Below, piece after piece: positions 20,639-30,387 of a DNA stretch of 64,000 nt (its first letter is position 1; every line of letters starts with the position of its first letter). The stretch covers positions 32,001-96,000 of the forward strand of contig JANPLU010000030.1 of NCBI GenBank assembly GCA_031422435.1. The letters run 5' to 3'. Both the position numbers and the translations under genes were made by a program. Under the pieces are notes generated by a model. It searched no databases. It was not told where the DNA came from and was given only the letters and a program-made list of their open reading frames with translations. The DNA is from Acaryochloridaceae cyanobacterium VAR_48_metabat_390 (GTDB lineage: Bacteria; Cyanobacteriota; Cyanobacteriia; Thermosynechococcales; Thermosynechococcaceae).

Positions 20639-21409
20639 ATGTGCCAACTGTTAGGCATGAACTGCAACGTCCCCACAGATATCTGCTTCTCGTTTACGGG
20701 CTTTTGTGCGCGGGGCGGTCAAACCGATGACCATCAAGATGGTTGGGGCATCGCGTTCTTTGAAGGGGCAGGGTGTCGCCTTTACATTGATGAAAAATCA
20801 TCGGTGACTTCGCCTGTGGCAGAGCTGGTAAAACAATATCCCATCCGCTCAAAGCATGTGATTGCCCACATTCGCAAGGCAACCCAAGGGCAGATTGCCC
20901 TAGAAAACTGCCATCCCTTTCGGCGTGAGCTATGGGGGCGCTACTGGGTGTTTGCCCACAATGGCGATCTCAAAGATTTTGATGGCCCTATTAAGGGTCT
21001 TTACAAGCCCGTCGGCAATACCGATAGCGAACGCGCGTTCTGCATCATTCTCGAAACGCTTCGCGCTGCATTTCCTGAAGGGATGCCTACCACTAAGCAG
21101 CTTTATGAAACCCTACAGGATATTACGGCTCAAATTGCAGCCCACGGCGTATTCAACTATTTGCTTTCCGATGGGGTGCATCTGTTCGCCCATTGCAGCA
21201 CGAACCTGCACTATATTGTGCGCCAAGCACCTTTTGCAGAAGCCCATTTGGTAGATGAAGATGTGACGGTTAATTTCCAGGGTTTGACGACGCTACAAGA
21301 TCGAGTGGCGGTGATTGCGACGCTGCCGCTTACAGATAACGAGGTGTGGAGGGCGATCGCCACCAATCAACTCATCTTGTTTCAAGACGGTCAACCCAGT
21401 CTTTTGTAG
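20639..21409 (+). CDS. Class II glutamine amidotransferase (YafJ-like)
   Basis: MCQLLG N-terminal Cys, DGWG, HIRKAT, NCHPF, AHNG, TDSE. Confidence 0.94.
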   Translation: MCQLLGMNCNVPTDICFSFTGFCARGGQTDDHQDGWGIAFFEGAGCRLYIDEKSSVTSPVAELVKQYPIRSKHVIAHIRKATQGQIALENCHPFRRELWGRYWVFAHNGDLKDFDGPIKGLYKPVGNTDSERAFCIILETLRAAFPEGMPTTKQLYETLQDITAQIAAHGVFNYLLSDGVHLFAHCSTNLHYIVRQAPFAEAHLVDEDVTVNFQGLTTLQDRVAVIATLPLTDNEVWRAIATNQLILFQDGQPSLL

Positions 21410-21589
21410 CTTATAACAAAGATCAAAATCGGTTTGGAACCACATTTATAGGGTGATGTTATGACAGAAGATGAGAGGAGGGCGCTGTATCAAAAGATCG
21501 CTGAGGGCGATTGTGTGGTTCTCACATGCTATCTTCCTCGGCATAGAAAGCGGTTGACAGCAAAACAGAAAGCTCGTGTGGCAAGCAAA

Positions 21590-22381
21590 TCAGCGTTGGC
21601 TAAAGCAGCGAAGACGCTCAATTGATTCAAGGTATTCAGGGATGAGTTCATTGCCCACTTCGCAAGCTCGGCGATCTACGCTCAACATATCGTCACTCCA
21701 AAAGACTTGACCTAAAGGGACGGCTTTGCCTTTGTCTGGCTTCCAATCGCGGCTTATGAACTTGCGATCGCCGTCTACTACAGCACCGTGAAATAAATGC
21801 CCAATGCTAAAGTACACATCCTGAAGCACCAAGGGAACCGACGGGCGATGAAGCTGCCCTCGTGAGTTTGCGCTTCTGGCTTTGTACTGTGATCTGGGAA
21901 ATAAGCCGTACAGATTTTTAAGAGACGCCGAAATTAAAGGCTGATCTTTGAGAATGGTGCGCTTAAAAGCCCCTACGCTAATGCAGCAGTCCACTTCACT
22001 CAACAGCGCTGGAGCTGTCATAGACTGAAACCGGACGGGTTGGGGGGAGAGATTGGGGTAGTCTCGCAGGGGAAGCTGATCTGCATCGAGTAGCCGCATT
22101 CCTTCATCGAGTAGGTTGTATAGCCCATTGCGGCTGGCAATATCGGTCAGCGAAACCGCAGAGCAAACCCCTTCCACGATTAAAATTTCGGCAGTGGGGC
22201 TAACGCGGCGTAAACCTTGCAAAACGGCACCTAAGACACCCATGCTAACGGTCACGGGTGGCCCTACGGGATAGCCTAAATTGGGCTTCACTAAAATACG
22301 GGCTGCGCCGTGGGCAGCTTTGGGCGGCTCATACTGAAACTGTGCTGTTGTGGCGGTATAGACCGTTTGGGCATCAGACAT
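21590..22381 (-). CDS. DUF362 domain protein
   Basis: ILVKPN, VEG, SLKNLYG, VVDG motifs. Confidence 0.8.
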   Translation of the reverse strand: MSDAQTVYTATTAQFQYEPPKAAHGAARILVKPNLGYPVGPPVTVSMGVLGAVLQGLRRVSPTAEILIVEGVCSAVSLTDIASRNGLYNLLDEGMRLLDADQLPLRDYPNLSPQPVRFQSMTAPALLSEVDCCISVGAFKRTILKDQPLISASLKNLYGLFPRSQYKARSANSRGQLHRPSVPLVLQDVYFSIGHLFHGAVVDGDRKFISRDWKPDKGKAVPLGQVFWSDDMLSVDRRACEVGNELIPEYLESIERLRCFSQR

Positions 22382-22401
22382 GGGTAAAAATTGCAGGCTT
22401 T

Positions 22402-22731
22402 CTATGCTAACGTTTTGGCGCTATCGACAGACTGAAGCACGGCTGCCAACAGTCCTGGAAACAGTTTGTCTAGCTCCTGCTGTCGTAGAGAATTAAGGTG
22501 TTGCGTCCCCGACTTGCGCGACAAGATCACGCCAGACTCTCGCAGAATTTTGAAGTGGTGGGACATCGTGGAACGGGCGATCGCAAGGTCAAAGTCGCAG
22601 CAGTTTTGTTCTCCTTTGGCAGCCAACTGACGCACAACGGCTAAACGAATAGGATCGCCTAGGGCATAGAGTACGCCGGATAGGGTGATTTGCTGAGTAT
22701 CTGGGTGGTACATCGGTCTCATACCTTGCAT
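22402..22731 (-). CDS. ArsR/SmtB family transcriptional regulator
   Basis: ALGDPIRL..., STMSHHFKILRESG. Confidence 0.92.
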   Translation of the reverse strand: MQGMRPMYHPDTQQITLSGVLYALGDPIRLAVVRQLAAKGEQNCCDFDLAIARSTMSHHFKILRESGVILSRKSGTQHLNSLRQQELDKLFPGLLAAVLQSVDSAKTLA

Positions 22732-22761
22732 TATCTCATGAACTCATCTATATTTTGATTA

Positions 22762-22776
22762 TTCGAGTTTATCGAA
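22762..22776. promoter_or_regulatory. Putative operator of the ArsR-family regulator
   Basis: Palindrome TTCGA-N5-TCGAA between the divergent arsR and OYE genes. Confidence 0.55.
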
Positions 22777-22846
22777 ATAAAGAATAAAGCGGCATTGTCA
22801 TAAGCAAGCTTTTCGAGTATTTTTCAATTCAGTTAAGAGGCACATT

Positions 22847-23950
22847 ATGACGGCGAATTCTCTTTTTGAACCAATCCAGGTGGGTGCAATTGAGCTACAG
22901 AACCGCATGGTCATGGCTCCGCTAACTCGCGCCCGTGCGGGGGTAGAACGTATCCCCAACGCGCTGATGGTGGAGTACTACCGACAGCGCGCCAGTGCTG
23001 GACTCATTATTTCTGAGGCGACTCATATTTCAGAGCAGGGAATTGGCTGGGTAGAAACCCCGGGAATCCACACCGATGCGCAGGTACAGGGCTGGCGGCA
23101 TGTGACAGAAGCCGTTCATCAAGAAGGTGGCAAAATCTTTCTTCAGCTTTGGCATACGGGGCGCGTATCTCATCCCGATTTTCAGGTGGGTGGCGCGTTG
23201 CCTGTTTCGGCTTCGGCGATCGCCGCGATTGGGGAAGCCCATACGCCCTTTGGCAAAAAGCCCTATGTGACCCCACGGGCACTCGAAACGGATGAAATTG
23301 CTGGTGTGGTGCAGACCTATGCGGACGCAACTCGTCGCGCTCAAGATGCAGGGTTTGATGGTGTAGAAATTCACGCGGCAAACGGCTATTTGATTGATCA
23401 GTTTCTGCGAGACGGCTCCAATCACCGAACCGATGCCTATGGCGGTAGCATCCTCAATCGGCTGCGGTTTTTGCAGGAAGTGACGGAGGCGGTGGTTGCG
23501 GCCTGGAGTGTAGATCGCGTTGGGGTGCGGCTATCGCCGACTAACCCTTATAACGATATGAAGGACAGTAACCCTGTAGCAACGTTCTCTGCGGCGGCTG
23601 AACTGCTGAATCGCTATGGATTGGCCTATCTTCACGTTTTAGAAGCATTGCCAGGACATATGTTGGCGGGCGAGGGAGAATTTGTGACCCCTCACCTTCG
23701 TAAAATCTTTGACGGACTGCTGATGGTGAATGGGGGCTACGGACGGGAGACGGGGATGGAGGCGATCTCTCAAGGCAATGCAGACTTAATTGCTTATGGC
23801 GTACCCTTTATTGCCAACCCTGACCTGCCAGAGCGTTTTCGTCAAAATGCACCGCTCAATCCCCCTGACCCAAAAACATTTTACGCCCACAATTCAGAGG
23901 GCTATACAGATTATCCAACCTTGGAAAAGATTCAAAGCGCAGTCGTTTAG
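22847..23950 (+). CDS. nemA: Old yellow enzyme / alkene reductase (NemA-like)
   Basis: MAPLTRAR, EIHAANGYLIDQF, RTDAYGGS, GYTDYP. Confidence 0.93.
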   Translation: MTANSLFEPIQVGAIELQNRMVMAPLTRARAGVERIPNALMVEYYRQRASAGLIISEATHISEQGIGWVETPGIHTDAQVQGWRHVTEAVHQEGGKIFLQLWHTGRVSHPDFQVGGALPVSASAIAAIGEAHTPFGKKPYVTPRALETDEIAGVVQTYADATRRAQDAGFDGVEIHAANGYLIDQFLRDGSNHRTDAYGGSILNRLRFLQEVTEAVVAAWSVDRVGVRLSPTNPYNDMKDSNPVATFSAAAELLNRYGLAYLHVLEALPGHMLAGEGEFVTPHLRKIFDGLLMVNGGYGRETGMEAISQGNADLIAYGVPFIANPDLPERFRQNAPLNPPDPKTFYAHNSEGYTDYPTLEKIQSAVV

Positions 23951-24302
23951 CCTGTTTGCGTCTTTATCAACCGTTAGTAACCTTGTGGGCTTAAGAGCGA
24001 CTTTAGCACTACCTTAACAGAGCTTTGATCTTGAGGCTGTAGATGACCAATGCACTTAAGAATCAGCGCATTGGTCAATAGTAAAAAGCTTCATCCGCAC
24101 GATGAATAGAGTTTTTAGCCCTGCATCCTTAAGACTTGCAATAGCTCTGAAGAAAGCACTAGGACGGATCTTGTCAGTGTCTAAAAAAAATTATGCTTTG
24201 GGCGACTGCTCCAGACTAAAATAGCGGCGGCGAGGATTGCTCCGGCGGATCGCCAAAGAAGAAAAAGAAATAATCAGTACAACCGTAGTTTAGGAATGCA
24301 TT

Positions 24303-24812
24303 ATGAGCTTATTTGACGCAATTGCAGGCGCGATCGCCAACCCCAATCAGCAGGGCAGTACCGATCAGCTTGGCTCTATTCTGGGTGCCGTTCAGTCGAT
24401 CGCAGGTTCTCAGACGGGTGACCCCAATAACTCCAACGCCTTGATGTCGGCGGTTGGCAGTGTGGTGCAGGGTGCCCTGCAAAACAAGCAGGGTAACATC
24501 GGTACTGAAGGCGTTGAAAATTTAATCAATCAGTTTGCAGGGGGCGGTGCCAGTACCGAGGCAGTACAGACATTATTTGGCGGTCAAGAGCAGCAGGTGG
24601 TAGAGGCGATCGCCCAGCGGACAGGCATAGATGCCAGCCAAATTAGCGGATTGCTCCCCACCTTAGTCCCTCTGGTACTACAGCTTCTCCAAAGCGGGTC
24701 TTTTAGCTCCGGCGGCAACTCAGTCCTCAATACGTTTCTGGATGGCGATCGCGACGGTGACGTAGATCTTGGCGATGTAATGTCTCAAGCAGGGCGCCTG
24801 TTAGGCCGCTAA
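24303..24812 (+). CDS. DUF937 (YidB-like) protein
   Basis: [36 protein letters not shown]. Confidence 0.8.
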   Translation: MSLFDAIAGAIANPNQQGSTDQLGSILGAVQSIAGSQTGDPNNSNALMSAVGSVVQGALQNKQGNIGTEGVENLINQFAGGGASTEAVQTLFGGQEQQVVEAIAQRTGIDASQISGLLPTLVPLVLQLLQSGSFSSGGNSVLNTFLDGDRDGDVDLGDVMSQAGRLLGR

Positions 24813-25738
24813 GACGGCTTCAAAATCTGTGACAGTGCTGCCTTGATAGTGGGGTACTGAAACATAAAGCCTGTCGCCTCCGTCTTCTGGGGCAAAACTT
24901 TTTGCCCTTCTAAGACGAGCTTGGACGATTCTCCTAGCAGCAGCTCTAGGGCAAAACCAGGCACGGGGAGCCAGGACGGTCGCCCAATGATGTTGCCCAA
25001 TTCTTGGCACAGTTCACCCATTGAGACAGGATTGGGCGCAGTGGCGTTCAGAACCCCCGAGACGGAGCTATCCGTCAAAGCCTTAATTATTAGGTTCACC
25101 AAATCTTCGCGGTGGATCCACGACACCCACTGTTTGCCATCTCCCAAGGGGCCACCCGCAAAAAGCTGAAATGGAAACATCATTTTTGCCAACACGCCGC
25201 CATCGGGGCCTAACACAATTCCAATTCGGATGATGGCTAATCGTGCGCCATGAGCTGTGACTTTTTCTGCTTCTGATTCCCAAGCTTGGCAAACCTGCGC
25301 CAAAAAATCTTGGCCTGCGCCGCTGGTTTCGTTAAAGACCGCCGTTTCGCTGGTGCCGTAATACCCTACTGCGGAGGCGTTAACCAATACGGTGGGTTTA
25401 GGGTTGGTTTGGGCAGACCCTTGCTGCGCCGCTATAGCTTCTACAATTTTTGCAGTTCCCACAGAACGGCTTTCCAGGATGTCTTGCTTGCTGTTTTCTG
25501 TCCAGCGATTGGCGATCGGCTCTCCGGCTAGGTTGACAACGCCATCACATCCGGCAATTGACTGCTGCCAAGCCCCTGACGCTGTAGCCTGGTAGGCGAC
25601 CACTTCTGCCTTTGGGAATCGCTGCTGCGCTTTTTGGACGTTACGCACCAAAAGTAACACCTGATGGCCTTCTGCTTGGAGGCGATCGACTAAGCGACTG
25701 CCGATGAAGCCTGTTCCGCCTGTGACTGCAACTTTCAT
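24809..25738 (-). CDS. TIGR01777 NAD-dependent epimerase family protein (ThyD/SulA-like)
   Basis: [38 protein letters not shown]. Confidence 0.92.
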   Translation of the reverse strand: MKVAVTGGTGFIGSRLVDRLQAEGHQVLLLVRNVQKAQQRFPKAEVVAYQATASGAWQQSIAGCDGVVNLAGEPIANRWTENSKQDILESRSVGTAKIVEAIAAQQGSAQTNPKPTVLVNASAVGYYGTSETAVFNETSGAGQDFLAQVCQAWESEAEKVTAHGARLAIIRIGIVLGPDGGVLAKMMFPFQLFAGGPLGDGKQWVSWIHREDLVNLIIKALTDSSVSGVLNATAPNPVSMGELCQELGNIIGRPSWLPVPGFALELLLGESSKLVLEGQKVLPQKTEATGFMFQYPTIKAALSQILKPS

Positions 25739-25856
25739 ACGCGATGGAGAACTTTTAAAGGAGTTCTTTTTACCATAGGTCATTCTGAGGAAGTCTAGAG
25801 ATGAGAAGTAGCGAATTGCCACACACACTGAGAATATGTTAAGTTAGCCCACCCAA

Positions 25857-25895
25857 GGGCGATTAACACAGTGGTAGCGCACTTCCTTCACACGG
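25857..25895 (+). pseudogene. tRNA-Val(CAC) 5' half only
   Basis: GGGCGATTAACACAGTGGTAGCGCA-CTTCC-TT-CAC-AC-GG, then unrelated sequence with no T-arm or 3' acceptor strand. Confidence 0.8.
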
Positions 25896-25998
25896 TCAAA
25901 CCGACCCAAACTAATACGAGCCGATACGCTTTACAGCCATTCTCAGAATCCCAAAAATCCCTAATTGTTCTAAAGTGTCCTAAATGTCTAAGCACATT

Positions 25999-26133
25999 TC
26001 ATCCCAGTAGATCGGGGTAAATGAGGTTTGCCAGTTCCTCTTGCTCAAATCTGTCTCGCTCCTGAAGTGAATACCGCTCAATTTGGTTGATCGCCTCCAG
26101 AATATCTTTTAGCCGTTCGCTGTCATCTCTCAT
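25999..26133 (-). pseudogene. hepT: Truncated HepT/DUF86 (HEPN) toxin
   Basis: MRDDSERLKDILEAINQIERY...FEQEEL, then a stop at 44 aa; ATGA overlap with mntA; lacks the RxxxxH motif. Confidence 0.75.
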
Positions 26134-26429
26134 AGAGAAATAGCCTGTTGCAAAAATTCTTCCCGAATCCGTTCCTTCAGTGCTTTCTCCATCGCAACAT
26201 CCACCTTACGACCTAAGAGTGTTTCCAACTCAAGCACCAAACTTGCCGGAAACCAACTGCTCACCTTTTCCAAAGAATAATCAACTAAGAAATCAATATC
26301 ACTCTGCTCATCCGCTTCCCCCCTTGCAACAGAACCAAGCACGCGCACATTAAACGCACCATGTTTCGCGGCAATTTCAAGGATCTCTCCTCGTTTCCTA
26401 CGGAGCAATTCATTGATTTGAATTTCCAT
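26130..26429 (-). CDS. mntA: Minimal nucleotidyltransferase antitoxin (MntA)
   Basis: VLGSVARGE....SDIDFLV, LLGRKVDV. Confidence 0.9.
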   Translation of the reverse strand: MEIQINELLRRKRGEILEIAAKHGAFNVRVLGSVARGEADEQSDIDFLVDYSLEKVSSWFPASLVLELETLLGRKVDVAMEKALKERIREEFLQQAISL

Positions 26430-26518
26430 GCTTTAATTCTCCTGCCGTCAAAATCTTGGGTTGCTGTTAGCCTTAAATCTGAGAACGCAGTAGACGAGAT
26501 CGCATCCTTTCCTATTAA

Positions 26519-26836
26519 CTAAAGGGAGGCGTTTTGCGATGATTTCGATAATGGAGCGCTGATCAGAACATAGGGCTGCACAATCAAAACGCTGAAGGAC
26601 TGTTCAGGGGACTGATTCCAAAGGCTGAGCTGTTGTGCCGTAGGCTTTTGCAAAAGCTGCTCTTCTACCCAGACCTGGACTTGAGCGATGTTGTCTTGGG
26701 CGATCGCCACACCCACCTCAACAATATCTAATCCTTCGTACACCACAATGACCGCATCTCGCTGACAGTGCGGGATGATATCTTTCCAGCTCACATCGGC
26801 TAAATCTTGGGCGAGCTGCGCTTGAATGCTGGTCAT
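26519..26836 (-). CDS. DUF2288 domain protein
   Basis: W.DIIPH..RDAVIVV, IAQDN..QVQ.W, LIVQPYVLI. Confidence 0.88.
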   Translation of the reverse strand: MTSIQAQLAQDLADVSWKDIIPHCQRDAVIVVYEGLDIVEVGVAIAQDNIAQVQVWVEEQLLQKPTAQQLSLWNQSPEQSFSVLIVQPYVLISAPLSKSSQNASL

Positions 26837-27024
26837 AACCGTCTTATTAAATCAGAATTTTTCTATCATCGCTCAAGATGGTGGGGGTGTCACAGCCTTA
26901 TCTGCTTCATTGCTGGACGGGGGGAATGTTAATCTTCGGGCAAACTAGAGAGAAGACCTTGAATTCCCGATGCTCCCAGCCATCAGGGTTTTTCATCATG
27001 ATGACAATTGGATCCATTTAATTT

Positions 27025-28380
27025 ATGCCTGACTATCAATCTGGTTTGCTTGGACAGACGGGTGGATACTTACTGGCGATCGCCGTCATCCTAGGCTGGA
27101 TTGTGTCGGTGTGTCTGCATGAGTTTGGTCATGCCATTGTGGCCTACTGGGGTGGCGATACCACGGTCAAAGATAAAGGCTATCTCACCCTTAACCCGCT
27201 GAAGTATACCGACATTGGCTACAACTTGGCGCTGCCCGTTGTGTTTTTAGTGTTGGGCGGTGTTGCCCTCCCAGGCGCTGCGGTCTATATCAACCACGCT
27301 CTCTTGCGCAGCCGAGGCTGGAATAGCGCGGTATCAGCGGCTGGCCCTTTTATGACGGGGGTGGTGGCGATCGCCCTAGCGCTACCGTTCAATTTAGGGT
27401 GGGCGACGGAGGACCATTGGTTTTGGTATGCGCTGGCGCTGCTGGCATCCTATCAGGTGGCGGCATTGTGCTTTAACCTATTTCCGGTTCCTTCCTTTGA
27501 TGGGTTTGGCATTTTAGAACCTTGGCTCCCTCAGCCCGTTCAGCAAACCGTTCGGCGCTGGGGTCGCTATAGCTATTTGGTACTCTTTGCCATTCTGTGG
27601 ACGGTGCCTGAAGCTAATCGAGGGTTTTGGGCTTTAGTTAACGGCATGAGTCAACTTTTAGGGATTCCCTACGATAAAGTGAGTTTGGCCTACGCAGCTT
27701 TTGCCCAGCCGAGTAAAGTCATTTTTATCGCATTATTGTTTGGGGCGCTAATTTTTCGCAAGGTGCTGGGCGGTACATTCAATAAACCGACCGAAAATGC
27801 CGATCTCAATATTAATCTTGCGGCCTACGATCGTCTCATCCAATCAGGGCAGGCAACCTCAGATATTTGGCGACACAAAGGCGATACGCTTCTGTTTCTA
27901 AAGCAGTATGAAGGGGCGATCACCAGCTATGACGAAGCCCTCAAGACTCTGTCTAATGATTCTGAACTTTGGCATAATCGCGGAATTTGTTGTCACAATC
28001 TTCAGCAATACGAGCAGGCACTCATGGCCTATGATCAGGCGCTGAAGCATCAACTAAACAATAGCGAGATCTGGACGAATAAAGCCAGGGTTTTAAAGTG
28101 TTTAGATCGTCTTCAAGAGGCAGTTGTGGCCTATGGCGAGAGTATAAAGTATCGTCCGTCAGATCTCGACAATTGGCGCGATCGGGGTCGTCTCTTGGCT
28201 CAAGTTCAAGATTATACATCAGCACTATCTGATTTCGAGCGAATCTTGAAATATAAACCTAGTAATGCAGAAAACTGGAACAATCACGGAATGGTTTTAG
28301 AAAAACTTGGGCGAATTGATGAAGCGCAGAAAAGTTATCAAAAGGCGTTCTACTATCGCGCTAAAAATATTTCTAGCTAA
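27025..28380 (+). CDS. Site-2 protease (M50) fused to C-terminal TPR repeats
   Basis: HEFGH, SAAGP and NLFPVPSFDG, then about 5-6 W.N.G...A...Y TPR motifs. Confidence 0.9.
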   Translation: MPDYQSGLLGQTGGYLLAIAVILGWIVSVCLHEFGHAIVAYWGGDTTVKDKGYLTLNPLKYTDIGYNLALPVVFLVLGGVALPGAAVYINHALLRSRGWNSAVSAAGPFMTGVVAIALALPFNLGWATEDHWFWYALALLASYQVAALCFNLFPVPSFDGFGILEPWLPQPVQQTVRRWGRYSYLVLFAILWTVPEANRGFWALVNGMSQLLGIPYDKVSLAYAAFAQPSKVIFIALLFGALIFRKVLGGTFNKPTENADLNINLAAYDRLIQSGQATSDIWRHKGDTLLFLKQYEGAITSYDEALKTLSNDSELWHNRGICCHNLQQYEQALMAYDQALKHQLNNSEIWTNKARVLKCLDRLQEAVVAYGESIKYRPSDLDNWRDRGRLLAQVQDYTSALSDFERILKYKPSNAENWNNHGMVLEKLGRIDEAQKSYQKAFYYRAKNISS

Positions 28381-28770
28381 CATTGAATTATAAAACCCTT
28401 TGGCGTATTTTAGATATTGAAAAATTTGATTGTAAATATATCTTTATTTTAATGCAGTGAATTAAATATTCATAGCACTCACTAAATTGCTGCTGATAGT
28501 TTGATTAGGCTTATTTAACCAATACTCCAGACAGAATTAAAGCGTAATGAGTGCGTAAGAGCACATAGTGTTGTAGGCAGGCTGTGATTTACAGCGATTT
28601 GTATTCAAATAGGCGACCATATCATCTGCGTAACTGGTTTACCCACTCCTGCTACTGCCTCTTATGAAGCTGCAAACCGCTGTATCCATTGGTGCAGAAT
28701 GTTTTGGTTGTCTCTGCACTCTAACAGTGGGTAGCTTTTTTGTACCCTCTCTCAAAACTGTTCGGAGTGT

Positions 28771-28824
28771 TTTTTATTAAAGAAGCCCTCAAAACATTAG
28801 TTTTGAGGGCTTCTTTAATAAAAA
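28771..28824. repeat. 25-bp perfect inverted repeat (4-nt loop)
   Basis: TTTTTATTAAAGAAGCCCTCAAAAC-ATTA-GTTTTGAGGGCTTCTTTAATAAAAA. Confidence 0.9.
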
Positions 28825-29118
28825 CGTATCCAAAAACCTGACGCTATGATGACAATTAAAAAACTTGACTGAATATTTAATTAGTTTATATAGACATATT
28901 TGAAACATGTTTTTTATTGAATAATAAAGATTTTCTTTGTTAATATAGCTATGGACTCCGTATTTTTACGGTTGAATTAGATAATCCTAAAAGCCTACCT
29001 TAGATGAGTTGCTAAAGCGTCTTTAATTTAAATAGCAAAAACTCAACTTTTAATTCAACAAAACTTTACTTGTAAGATATCCACTACGTTTAATTTGATA
29101 GGACAAGCGGGGATCATA

Positions 29119-29376
29119 ATGCTCAATATAGAACCAGCTCATAATTCATTATCAAAAATACTTCAGGCTTCAAGCAGTGCTTGTGCCGTGACGGGCGGGG
29201 TTATTTTGGCCTCCAACACCAATGTCAGTAGCTATGGATTCTTTTTTCTCGCCCTCAGCTCTAGCCAGATGCTTTTGTCATCGGTCTTAGCACGGAATAC
29301 ATCAATGATGGTCTATTCAGGTTCACTATTTATTTTTGTGGACTGTTTAGGCATTTATCGATGGATTCTAAGATAG
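29119..29376 (+). CDS. Small membrane protein (about 3 TM)
   Basis: Hydrophobic 85-aa ORF ending VDCLGIYRW; 10 bp from the next gene. Confidence 0.7.
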   Translation: MLNIEPAHNSLSKILQASSSACAVTGGVILASNTNVSSYGFFFLALSSSQMLLSSVLARNTSMMVYSGSLFIFVDCLGIYRWILR

Positions 29377-29386
29377 ATTTTAAGTT

Positions 29387-29857
29387 ATGTTATGGCATAT
29401 ATATCCTGAAGAGCTAGACACTTTACCCTTAAAAATAGCCTATGAAACCCTTCAGGGCGATCCTCCATCAAAAATTCCATTTATCGTTTGGCTATTAGAA
29501 AACCCTGAGAGTCCATTGGCTTTACCAGGATGTATTAATCTCTATGGTCATGACTGTCTCCATCTACTTCTCAAGCAAGGCTTTACATCAGAGAATGAGG
29601 CTTATGTGGTTGGCTTTACGATGGGGAATGATGTTAGAACGAATCGCTTTCATTTACTAATTTTTAAGATTGCAGCACAAGTTTTGTACCCTGAAAAGTA
29701 TCGCTTAAGACCATCAGATATCTCAGTCTTTGAGCGAGGGTTTGAGATGGGAAAGAGAGTCAGTGCTAAAAATCTCAATCAGTTCTCTTTCGACGAGTGG
29801 GAGTATAAAGCATTAAGAGAAATTAGGAAAGAAATTGGATTAGAAGCTGTAGCTTAA
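29387..29857 (+). CDS. Coq4-like metal-binding protein
   Basis: HDCLH-x11-E motif (HDCLHLLLKQGFTSENE); C-terminal LREIRKEIGL. Confidence 0.75.
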   Translation: MLWHIYPEELDTLPLKIAYETLQGDPPSKIPFIVWLLENPESPLALPGCINLYGHDCLHLLLKQGFTSENEAYVVGFTMGNDVRTNRFHLLIFKIAAQVLYPEKYRLRPSDISVFERGFEMGKRVSAKNLNQFSFDEWEYKALREIRKEIGLEAVA

Positions 29858-29872
29858 TAGAGCTTATATGTG

Positions 29873-29929
29873 ATTAAAACCTTAAATCCACGCTGTCTTA
29901 GAAAGACAGCGTGGATTTAAGGTTTTAAT
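29873..29929. repeat. 27-bp perfect inverted repeat (3-nt loop), probable bidirectional terminator
   Basis: ATTAAAACCTTAAATCCACGCTGTCTT-AGA-AAGACAGCGTGGATTTAAGGTTTTAAT. Confidence 0.9.
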
Positions 29930-29969
29930 TTTCTTTCGCTGCTTCTCTTGTTCTAAAAGAAATTATCTG

Positions 29970-30335
29970 CTATAAATTCAATCGACCCAACCGAAAAAGG
30001 CTCCATCCACAGACCATTGACACGACAGCCAAAAAGAAATCCCATAGGCTCGTAGGCTTTAGAATGACGCCAGCGCTTATAAAAACTAGAAGAGCTGCAA
30101 TAAAAAGGAGTGCCCACCCTAGTGCTTTAAGGTCACGACCTCCAAATACAAGAGAGAGAACCCCTAAGAAGAGTGTGATTACAGCGCCAGCCGCCGATAT
30201 ATCAATCCACCAATAGCGGCCTATGCTGGAGGTAAATATAATGTTTTGACCCAGAAAATAAAAGGATAAAAGCATTAAAGCTATCCCAGCAAGTTTGGTA
30301 ATGGTCTGCAAAAATTTATGCCCCGATAAATTCAA
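29970..30335 (-). CDS. Hypothetical membrane protein (4 TM)
   Basis: YFLGQNIIFT, ILKPTSLW.F; hydrophobic. Confidence 0.75.
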   Translation of the reverse strand: MNLSGHKFLQTITKLAGIALMLLSFYFLGQNIIFTSSIGRYWWIDISAAGAVITLFLGVLSLVFGGRDLKALGWALLFIAALLVFISAGVILKPTSLWDFFLAVVSMVCGWSLFRLGRLNL

Positions 30336-30387
30336 CGTTTATTTTACTAAGAATCCCTAGATTCCTTAGATATCTGACCCTGACCTG

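Noticed and set aside
25857..26030. Intron-containing intact tRNA
   Set aside because: The break is in the 3' anticodon stem, not at known group I intron positions, and no 3' exon or intron core was found
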